Translations under genes and position numbers: made by a program
Source of the DNA: a virus
Length of the DNA stretch: 64,000 nucleotides
Strand: one strand, 5' to 3'
IMG/VR virus record: IMGVR_UViG_3300045988_131014
Location: 32,001 to 96,000 of that record
The notes under the pieces: model-generated
The model's input: only the letters and a program-made list of their open reading frames with translations
Databases searched by the model: none
Told to the model about the DNA's origin: nothing
In this document: piece by piece, positions 53,709-61,379 of the stretch
Layout of the letters: each line of letters starts with the position of its first letter
Numbering within the stretch: the first letter of the stretch is position 1

Positions 53709-54725
53709 TTGGGCAAAGATCTTAAAGGAAAAGAATTGGGACAAGGAATAATACAGAAAAAGAATGGGAGGTATGAAGCAAGATATATAGATAGATTTGG
53801 TAAAAGGGTATCAATTTCAGGCAGAGATCTAAAAGATGTTAAAAAGAGATATAATGAAGCGATTTACGAAAATGACAAGCAAATAAACGTAAAAGACAAT
53901 ATAACACTTGACGAATGGTATAAGAAATGGATGAACGTTTACAAGTTTGATATTATTCGTGAAAACACAAAAAGACATTATAATAATGTATATTATAAGC
54001 ATATATCTCCGAGTCTTGGGAATTTTCAATTAGGAAGTATTACTCAATATCAAATCAAACAACTTATCAAAGAATTAAAGAGTAGTGGGTATCAATACGA
54101 AACGTGCAACAAGGTAAAAATTCTTCTTGTTGATATTTTTAACAAAGCTATGATTAACGAATATGTGCGAAAGAATCCAGCAAAAGGAATATCATTAAAA
54201 AGAGACGAAGAAAGGGACGTAAGAGTTTTGTCGCAGGATGAACAAACGGTATTCTTTGATTGTTGTAAGGGAACATTTTATGACAATCTGTTTGTTACGG
54301 CAGTATCAACGGGAATGAGGATTGGAGAACTTGCTGCTTTAAGATGGACAGATGTTGACTGGGATAGTAGAGTAATTCATGTAACTAGAACTCTCGTATA
54401 TCAGAAATATGAAAGCGACAGTCAAAAGGAATATCATTTTGAAAAGCCAAAGACAAGAACTAGCTTAAGAGATATACCAATCAACAGGCAGTGTGAAATA
54501 GCATTAAAGAAACAATTTATTCAAAAGTCTGTTGTTGCTACTAAGCAACCAATTACAAAGAAAGTTGACGATAAATATGCTGATTTGTTATTTACATCAA
54601 AATTCAACACACCATTAAATTCGCAAGTTGTATGTCAAGCAATTAACAAAATTATTACGTTTACCAGCAGACACCATATGAGTTCATCAATACCGATGAA
54701 ATCATTGGGAAATAGCGGTATTTAA
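53709..54725 (+). pseudogene. int: Tn916/phage-type tyrosine integrase, C-terminally truncated (lacks HxxR and catalytic Tyr)
   Basis: It has the N-terminal arm-binding GRYEARYIDRFGKRVSISG, the core-binding domain and the Arg box TGMRIGELAALRW. The ORF ends after QAINKIITFTSRHHMSSS with no H-x-x-R...Y segment in any frame. TTG 53709 lies 8 nt after AAGGAGG (ORF opens at ATG 53670). Confidence 0.7.
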
Positions 54726-54808
54726 AGGGTATGACAATAATTTTAAAAAATGAGAAACCAAGATAAGTTGATATATTTTCGTATAAATTGATATAGTTTT
54801 ATATATCA

Positions 54809-54848
54809 ATGGAGACAAAATGGAGATTCCTGAAAAATCAAATGGAGA
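54809..54848 (+). repeat. three phased ATGGAGA direct repeats (11- and 22-bp spacing)
   Basis: ATGGAGAcaaa ATGGAGAttcctgaaaaatcaa ATGGAGAcaaaa at 54809, 54820 and 54842, next to TTGATATA x2 plus an inverted copy at 54768-54809. Confidence 0.8.
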
Positions 54849-54893
54849 CAAAATAATATAACAGTTTTGCCGCAAAGAACTTTTGCAAAATCG

Positions 54894-54934
54894 TAAAAAA
54901 ATAGGGACAGGTAGAAATTCATATACTTGTCCCT
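54894..54934 (-). terminator. rho-independent terminator ending the minus-strand transcription unit
   Basis: Minus strand: AGGGACAAG-loop-CCTGTCCCT followed by TTTTTTT (rc of 54894-54900). Confidence 0.7.
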
Positions 54935-54953
54935 AAATTATTATTACATCATA

Positions 54954-55205
54954 TTACAACATTTGTCCGTTCCATTTTCGTCTATTCTCTGTGTCATATT
55001 CAACTTGAATCCGTGAGAGCGTATCATTGTGGCTTAATTCTTCATAGGCATATTCCTGAGTTTCATATAAGCGTTTTAAAGGTAGCTGAGTACCACTACC
55101 GTCTATAAAACGTATAATCGCCAAACTTCCACTAATACGAACTATTTTACATTTCCGAACAGTTCTATTGTTTTCTATAATCCATGCAGTATCACCTTGT
55201 TTCAT
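54954..55205 (-). CDS. hypothetical protein, 83 aa
   Basis: GAGGTG RBS; has its own promoter and terminator. Confidence 0.55.
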   Translation of the reverse strand: MKQGDTAWIIENNRTVRKCKIVRISGSLAIIRFIDGSGTQLPLKRLYETQEYAYEELSHNDTLSRIQVEYDTENRRKWNGQML

Positions 55206-55230
55206 ATTATCACCTCTGATATATTATGAC

Positions 55231-55260
55231 ATTATAACAGAATACATATTCGTATGTCTA
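55231..55260 (-). promoter_or_regulatory. extended -10 promoter for 54954-55205
   Basis: Minus strand reads TAGACA, 18 nt, TGtTATAAT. Confidence 0.5.
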
Positions 55261-55499
55261 CAGATTTCTATAAATATACGAACATATATTCGATAATCTT
55301 CTTTAAACGGCAGTTTAGAACGTCAAGGTGAAAAAGCATGTACTTTAGTAAATGCTGCCGTTTAAAACAACATTGTCGAACAAAAGTTCTTTGTATAATA
55401 CAATTCAAGTCAATACATACTATCAATGCGCAAAAATTGTTTAATTTTGTGCGTATTCCTTTCTTGTTTGGCGTGTATTTGCACATTCATATACGCCAC

Positions 55500-56348
55500 T
55501 TACATAACCTTATTAAATTCATTTCTAACATTTTTCTTATCACAAATACAATAAATCATTGTAGTATCCAACTTAGCATGACCAAGAATTTGTTGAACAT
55601 ACTGAATTGGCATACCTTTACGAGCTAATTCTGTTGCCATTGTACGTCTGCATCTGTGCGGATGAACATTTGTCACGTTTGCCACATCTCCAATTTTATG
55701 TAATCTTTGTCTAATGCTTTCCTTGGATAATCGTGTCCCATGATCATTTAAAAATAATGGTTCAAGATTGTCTTTTCTAGTCATAATATATTCTTTGATA
55801 TAATACATAGAGCGTTCAGATATATAAACCGTCCTTTCTTTGTTGCCTTTTCCAACGACAGTACATTCGCCCGATTTAAAATCAATGTCCTCACGGTTAA
55901 CATTCTGTACTTCAGAAACTCGACATCCAGTAGAAAACATAAATTCTAATAACGCACGATTTTTAATTGTATCGCAGTTATCTAAAAGCTTTTCTACATC
56001 TTCATCAGAGAATGGTTTCTTTGTGACATATCGAGACTTAATCTCATGGATTTTCAACATAGGATTCTTTGGAATAATTTCTTCAAGAGTCAACCATCTA
56101 AAGAACGCAGAAAGGTTTTTTCTCCTATTATTAGCAGTAGTATTTGAAACTCTTTGCTGATACAATGAGAGTGCCCATCTAATGTCGTTTGTAGTAATAT
56201 CCTTTATATTTTTGTTTCCAAGATCATCTAACGTGTGCTTAATCGAATCCATATACTGATAAATTGTACTGGGTGAACGACCTTCAAGACGCAAAGAAGC
56301 TCTATATGTATTAAGAATTTTCTCATTCTCATTTTCAAGTACACACAA
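55500..56348 (-). CDS. tyrosine recombinase (XerC/D-like); in-frame upstream ORF to 56480 separated by one TGA
   Basis: STGCRVSEVQNV (Arg box), HPHRCRRTMATEL (HxxR) and LGHAKLDTTMIY (Tyr). TTG start 56348 has no RBS. ATG 56480 (GGAGG upstream) is in the same frame, interrupted only by TGA at 56400-56402. Confidence 0.8.
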   Translation of the reverse strand: MCVLENENEKILNTYRASLRLEGRSPSTIYQYMDSIKHTLDDLGNKNIKDITTNDIRWALSLYQQRVSNTTANNRRKNLSAFFRWLTLEEIIPKNPMLKIHEIKSRYVTKKPFSDEDVEKLLDNCDTIKNRALLEFMFSTGCRVSEVQNVNREDIDFKSGECTVVGKGNKERTVYISERSMYYIKEYIMTRKDNLEPLFLNDHGTRLSKESIRQRLHKIGDVANVTNVHPHRCRRTMATELARKGMPIQYVQQILGHAKLDTTMIYCICDKKNVRNEFNKVM

Positions 56349-56608
56349 TTCTGTATGTTTCTCATTTATATCATATTTTCTTAATAATCTACAAACACAT
56401 CAATCTATCATCATTACAGTATTATCATCTGCAAATCTGTCAATCATTGATAATAATTCTAATCTAAATTTCTCTTCCATAACGTAAAAAAATACCTCCA
56501 TCCTAAATCAAAATTTATATGTTCTACATATATATTCTCCATTTGGAAATAAATGGAATTGATTTTAGAACGGAGGTTCGGTTATTCAATATTCAGTTGT
56601 AGATAAGA

Positions 56609-56791
56609 TTATTCAGATACAATACAATCTGAGAATCCATCAAGTTCCAAGATACTATTTACAGTATCCTGATAACGTCCATACAGTTTTGCGGCACTCT
56701 TTCTTACGAAATATGCTCTGTACTTTGCCTGTCCCTTTTCAAGACTAGTTCCTCTTGCTTCTTCAATTCTTGTTGCCATAAATGTTTCCAT
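56609..56791 (-). CDS. small phage protein, 60 aa (tail-fibre-adjacent)
   Basis: ATG 56791 follows AAGGAGG; METFMATRIEEARGTSLEKGQAKYRAYFVRK...; the longer ORF-track start at 57022 overlaps the upstream gene. Confidence 0.55.
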   Translation of the reverse strand: METFMATRIEEARGTSLEKGQAKYRAYFVRKSAAKLYGRYQDTVNSILELDGFSDCIVSE

Positions 56792-56816
56792 ATTAAAATC
56801 CTCCTTTGAAATATAT

Positions 56817-57215
56817 TTATTCAGCACCTTCAGTATCTTCCATACCTGGAATAATATCTGTGATGATTGAATCAATAGCAGTAGCGTTTGCAATGTGACC
56901 TTTTTCCAATGAATCCAGACGTTTTTCGATTTCATTTTTGGTTCGCAGCCTGATAGTAACCGTGTAGGTTCCATCTTCCTTGCCGGCCTCGTCCGTATTC
57001 GGTGCGTATGTAAACCCATCACACTTCAGATCGGTGTATTTTCCAGATACCTCATCATTGTGTTTAAAGGTCACTTCCGCAATGTTGTTCTCTGCAAAAG
57101 TGTCCGTGATCGTTTTAATCCCGTCAAAATTTTTGGACTGGATCTGGATGTTTCCAAGGCTTGCACCATCGGCAATTTCAAAGCTGGTCTGATCTTTTAA
57201 AATAATTTTATCCAT
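56817..57215 (-). CDS. hypothetical phage structural-module protein
   Basis: ORF on the late-gene strand with an AAAGGA RBS. Confidence 0.55.
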   Translation of the reverse strand: MDKIILKDQTSFEIADGASLGNIQIQSKNFDGIKTITDTFAENNIAEVTFKHNDEVSGKYTDLKCDGFTYAPNTDEAGKEDGTYTVTIRLRTKNEIEKRLDSLEKGHIANATAIDSIITDIIPGMEDTEGAE

Positions 57216-57376
57216 ATTATTTTTTCCTTTCTATGATAAAAAATGGTTAATAAGTTGCGTTCGAATATTTGTTCGATATATTTTCTTAAACGGCAGTTTA
57301 AATACAACAATAAAAAGAGCTAATACATTAGATGGAAACGAAGCATTAGGCACAACATGTTATGGGAAACCTTTCT

Positions 57377-59707
57377 TTAACCTAAGTGGATAACTAACGG
57401 CATGTATCTAATATCTGTAAGTATTTGGTTTGTACGCCCAGTGAATTTAATTGATAAATTCCAAATTTTTGGGCTACTTGTAAAGTTACTTCTAATGAAT
57501 GATCCTTGTATATCAATATTCTCTCCATTAAGTGTATTTACATCAACAATAACAATGCTATTAGCAGGTAACGATAATGAGACCGTAAGATTAGTAAACG
57601 TTCCTGCAGGATACTTTATGTCTTTGACCCTATAGCCGCCATTGTCTATATCCCAATCGGTTTGTACACTTATTACATCGGAACCATTGTTGACTATACA
57701 AAACGGGTTTCCAGTAAATATGTTTTCGATGCCAAATGATGGTACTTTCTTACTATTTAGACTGCCGTTTAAAACACTTATCTGCTTTGCGAGCGATCCA
57801 TCAATATTCGGGTTCGCCTGCCTTGCGTCCAGTGCAAATCCCGCCACAGTCGTTGTCTGGTTATTTACGATACTTTCCGGTTGCAGTGCGCTTCCGATCT
57901 CCTTTTTCAGCGTAGGGTTACTAAGAGTTGTAGGCTGGTATTCGTGTCTTATAGTGCCACATTCTAACTGGAATTTTATAATACAGTTAGTTAAAGTAGT
58001 ACCAGCTACAATATATAAACCAAGTTCATCACGATAAAAGTCATCGGTTTGCGAATACTTAAAAATAACACTTAATGTTGAATTATTAACAGTACGGCAA
58101 GCAGCAATGTCCGTATTTATATTTTGTTTGTTTTTATTGGCTAAATATAAACTCGCTTGTCCTTCGACTGTAGTTATCGTCAACACGTAATTTTTTCCAA
58201 TTTCTAATCCTAACTTACCTATAAAAACAGCATAGTACGCGGTAGCCGTAGCTGTACCGTTAGCAGTTATAGACCCATCTTCGTTTACTGTCCAAGTGAT
58301 ACCGTTATTCATATAACTATCCGGTCTATAATATGGATAAGGTATTAAATTCTGCCCTTGCTGAGTCGAAGTTTTGTCAATTTCTTTTTTCAGATTTACA
58401 TTGCTCTCTATTGATGGTTCATAAGCATGAGCAATAGTACCTAACTCTAATTGAGGTTTGCATATACAATCATAAGTTTCGCTATTAGCGGCAGTTTCAA
58501 TACATAAAGCAACCCAAGTATCAACATCAAATTTTAATGTTTTTGTCGCTGTACCATAAACTATATTATCAACTAATTTTGAACCACTTTCATCATAAAC
58601 GTAATAGCGAATCCCTGCATTGTCAGAGCTACAATTAGCAGAAATAGTAAAATAAGTATTGGCATCAATTTTAATGTTGCCCTCTTTTTTATCTGTACCC
58701 CACCATATACCAACACCCATATAAGGTCTTGATGTACTGCCATCTTGCGTTCCAGAAATACCGATAGAACCATCTTTATTATCTGTAAATGTTACTCCAT
58801 ATACAGTTTTAGTGGTTTGAGAATACGGATATGGTATAATATTTCTTCCCTGCGAAGTTCCAACACCACCAAGCTTAGTCTTTTCTTCGCTTGTATAATC
58901 ATTAGAAGATAATCCCTTACCTTCTTCCTTTACAACAAGATTAGAGATATCTTGATGTTCAGTAAGATATCCTGCATCATTTATAAACTCAGATACATTT
59001 GTTGGAACTATTGGAATTTCCGTCTTATCCGCTTTACCAATCTGTAATGCTGTAATAGCACTCTTATTATCCTTAATGGCACTATTCATGGCAGACGCAC
59101 TTGTTTCATGTGTAGAAATCCAATCAGACATTTCCTTCAATGTATCAAAATCTTCAGGTGCGCCAGCTACAACCTTTGCAATTTCGTCTGAAACTGCCTT
59201 TTTTACTGAGCCATCGCCCGTTCCATTTAATGTGGAAATTGCCGTTTCATTGGCTTCAATTCTTTTCGTGTTGCTTTTTATTGTTGATTCATCTGTTCCA
59301 ATCTTAGATTTAATGCTTTTTAATTCGCCAGCAATCACTTTATTCTGTAAAGGATTTGTTGAAATTTCTGATAAAGCATCGTCTACAGGAATTCCTTTTA
59401 CAACACCGCTTTCGTCAATAGTAATAGTAGTACCATCAACTTTTGACGCAACGTGACCGTTTGAATCAATTAACGAAACTGGTAACTTTGAATCTCCTTT
59501 AGAGATATACAGTCTATCCTCATCAGAGGAAAATTCAAATTTGTAACCGTCAAGAGTGTCATTAATTTTGCCAATAGCCTCATCAATCAGTCGAATATTG
59601 CTTTTACCACCTTGACCTGTAAGTTGATCAAATACAGTCAACCATAATTCGCTGTAATCTGTTTCAGCCCACAACTTAACGCCAGTGTTACTTAATATTT
59701 CTGACAT
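57377..59707 (-). CDS. tail fibre / receptor-binding protein with two tandem about 170-aa modules
   Basis: Fibre-like N-terminal part (VAGAPEDFDTLKEMSDWI, coiled repeats), then two related modules each starting ..G(R/Q)N(I/L)IPYPY and ending E(L/C)GTI(A/R)H(A/E)Y(E/Q)P...LKKEI. Confidence 0.75.
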   Translation of the reverse strand: MSEILSNTGVKLWAETDYSELWLTVFDQLTGQGGKSNIRLIDEAIGKINDTLDGYKFEFSSDEDRLYISKGDSKLPVSLIDSNGHVASKVDGTTITIDESGVVKGIPVDDALSEISTNPLQNKVIAGELKSIKSKIGTDESTIKSNTKRIEANETAISTLNGTGDGSVKKAVSDEIAKVVAGAPEDFDTLKEMSDWISTHETSASAMNSAIKDNKSAITALQIGKADKTEIPIVPTNVSEFINDAGYLTEHQDISNLVVKEEGKGLSSNDYTSEEKTKLGGVGTSQGRNIIPYPYSQTTKTVYGVTFTDNKDGSIGISGTQDGSTSRPYMGVGIWWGTDKKEGNIKIDANTYFTISANCSSDNAGIRYYVYDESGSKLVDNIVYGTATKTLKFDVDTWVALCIETAANSETYDCICKPQLELGTIAHAYEPSIESNVNLKKEIDKTSTQQGQNLIPYPYYRPDSYMNNGITWTVNEDGSITANGTATATAYYAVFIGKLGLEIGKNYVLTITTVEGQASLYLANKNKQNINTDIAACRTVNNSTLSVIFKYSQTDDFYRDELGLYIVAGTTLTNCIIKFQLECGTIRHEYQPTTLSNPTLKKEIGSALQPESIVNNQTTTVAGFALDARQANPNIDGSLAKQISVLNGSLNSKKVPSFGIENIFTGNPFCIVNNGSDVISVQTDWDIDNGGYRVKDIKYPAGTFTNLTVSLSLPANSIVIVDVNTLNGENIDIQGSFIRSNFTSSPKIWNLSIKFTGRTNQILTDIRYMPLVIHLG

Positions 59708-59720
59708 ATATTTCCTCCTT

Positions 59721-60365
59721 TTAAACTATTTTCTTTCTGCCTGTTTCTGAGATTGTTTGATTATAATAACTATTTAATGATCCACTCATCATTTTTAATC
59801 GTATCAAATAACTAGCAGACATATTGGCCTTCCCATTTGTAAAATTGATTTTATTATCTTCATTTGATTTATTAAAAACGCCTATCTGTATATGAACTTC
59901 GTTGTTCTTAACCTGAATATTATTATTATTATCAATTTTCAGTTTTTCGCTTAATAAAAGGGAAGAATTGTTGCCCTGTACAACAATATCAGAATTGTTT
60001 TTGGATTTAATTATTTTAGAAACTATGAAAGAGGATGTATTTTTATTCTCTATCTTTATTGTGTTTTCTTCTTTACTTTTGACATTTTCACGAATTAAAA
60101 ATGTTGAATCATCATCAAACTTAATCTCATTTCTTGATTTTGCATGGAACAAAAACAAGACTCTTGTTAGAAATTTTGAATTACTAAAAGCCACGTTGTT
60201 TATGCGTGGCTTTAATATTGCTTTTAATGCTGTTTTAATAGAGTTTTTAATTTTAATAAAACTCGTATTAACAAGCTGAGTATATCGTGAAGCACCATGA
60301 ATATACTCACGAAATGTTTGTCTATCCGAAATCTTGGATGATAAAATGTGATAGTTTATTCGCAT
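59721..60365 (-). CDS. hypothetical Asn/Lys-rich structural-module protein
   Basis: GAGGTG RBS; ORF on the late-gene strand. Confidence 0.5.
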   Translation of the reverse strand: MRINYHILSSKISDRQTFREYIHGASRYTQLVNTSFIKIKNSIKTALKAILKPRINNVAFSNSKFLTRVLFLFHAKSRNEIKFDDDSTFLIRENVKSKEENTIKIENKNTSSFIVSKIIKSKNNSDIVVQGNNSSLLLSEKLKIDNNNNIQVKNNEVHIQIGVFNKSNEDNKINFTNGKANMSASYLIRLKMMSGSLNSYYNQTISETGRKKIV

Positions 60366-60383
60366 ACTTCACCTCGTTTTCTT

Positions 60384-60788
60384 TTATGCGTTCAGTACAG
60401 TAGTCGTTAGTCCTTCTGCTGGGATTTCAAGAACTGCACCAGCAGGAATTTCCTGTGCTCTCATAAGCTCTCCATAGAACATCATATTTCCACCAGTGGC
60501 GGCATCAAAAATTACCCAATGAGTTACAGGTGACGCTGCAGTTGTCCATGACTCCTGTGCTTCATCAAAACGAAATACTACAGAATTTGTAGTCGAACCT
60601 TGAACAGATTCGTTCCAATTAGTTGTATCACATTTTGCAGCAAAACGCTTATAACTAGAAACCGTAGGCTCAGTACAATTAGTTCCGTCTTCACTTGGAG
60701 CAGTTTTACTTACACCAATATAAATTGTCTTTTCTCCATTGCGAAAAATATTATTAAGAATTTGATTTTTTTCGTATGTATTAATCAT
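60384..60788 (-). CDS. hypothetical phage tail-associated protein
   Basis: GGAGG RBS; ORF on the late-gene strand. Confidence 0.55.
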   Translation of the reverse strand: MINTYEKNQILNNIFRNGEKTIYIGVSKTAPSEDGTNCTEPTVSSYKRFAAKCDTTNWNESVQGSTTNSVVFRFDEAQESWTTAASPVTHWVIFDAATGGNMMFYGELMRAQEIPAGAVLEIPAEGLTTTVLNA

Positions 60789-60804
60789 TACGAATCCTCC
60801 TTAT

Positions 60805-61149
60805 TTACTTGATCATGGGTTTGATTGAAATTTTGCCGAGGTCGGCTACGAATTGATTTCCCAACTTATCTGTAATAACCAACTGATGTGTAAATTTACC
60901 AAATAAGTTCTGTGTATCAGAAGAGGGAATTGTTATTTGAATTATGTTATCTGTAATATTTATTGTACCTTTGACAGTTGATTCGGTTGCTAAGACTTCT
61001 GTTTCTCCATATTTAGCCAAACGCCATTCACATGAAGATGCAGCAATATGATATTCTTCATCAAGAATATCATATAAATCTACACTAAATGTCTGCTGAC
61101 ATCCACCAATCATACCAAAGTCTGAATTGTTAAATACTTCACATGACAT
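60805..61149 (-). CDS. hypothetical structural-module protein
   Basis: The start abuts the upstream stop (TAA then ATG). Confidence 0.5.
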   Translation of the reverse strand: MSCEVFNNSDFGMIGGCQQTFSVDLYDILDEEYHIAASSCEWRLAKYGETEVLATESTVKGTINITDNIIQITIPSSDTQNLFGKFTHQLVITDKLGNQFVADLGKISIKPMIK

Positions 61150-61365
61150 TTACTTTACCTCATTATTTTGTGACTCCTTTGTTACATTTTCTGTTTTATC
61201 CTCTACAATTGGGTTGTTAAGAATTACACTAATCTGTGCGATTCCCTGTGCTTGCTGAATCCCTATAAAACTCATAGAGTTCAGTATATTAAAAAGAAGC
61301 TGAATCTTATCTTTTGGATAAGAAACAACTTCCAGTGTTTGTATATTATTCTGTTTTTGTTCCAT
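61150..61365 (-). CDS. small hypothetical structural-module protein
   Basis: ORF on the late-gene strand. Confidence 0.45.
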   Translation of the reverse strand: MEQKQNNIQTLEVVSYPKDKIQLLFNILNSMSFIGIQQAQGIAQISVILNNPIVEDKTENVTKESQNNEVK

Positions 61366-61379
61366 ATTAAGCCCTTTCT

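Noticed and set aside
18352-56402. Alternative genetic code (TGA as Gly or Trp, TAG as Gln) to explain the in-frame stops
   Set aside because: TGA terminates several well-delimited genes (723-725, 1664-1666, 13566-13568). Very long ORFs are uninterrupted under the standard code. The two tRNAs have UUG and CAU anticodons, not suppressor anticodons. Three isolated stops plus a frameshift fit mutation, error or local read-through better.
80-58037. Numerous ORF-track entries antisense to or nested inside strong genes. Examples are 80-535(-), 462-650(-), 711-941(-), 966-1163(+), 2764-3226(-), 4339-4791(-), 6358-6681(-), 17816-18211(-), 24333-24734(-), 27749-28051(-), 30025-30375(-), 36425-36751(-), 40292-40597(-), 49105-49470(-), 52911-53574(-), 55840-56160(+), 57402-58037(+), 59076-59456(+), 59968-60279(+) and 62583-62885(+).
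   Set aside because: They overlap genes with clear motifs on the other strand or frame. They lack RBSs, are rich in Leu/Ser/Ile/Phe as expected for AT-rich antisense frames, and show no motifs.
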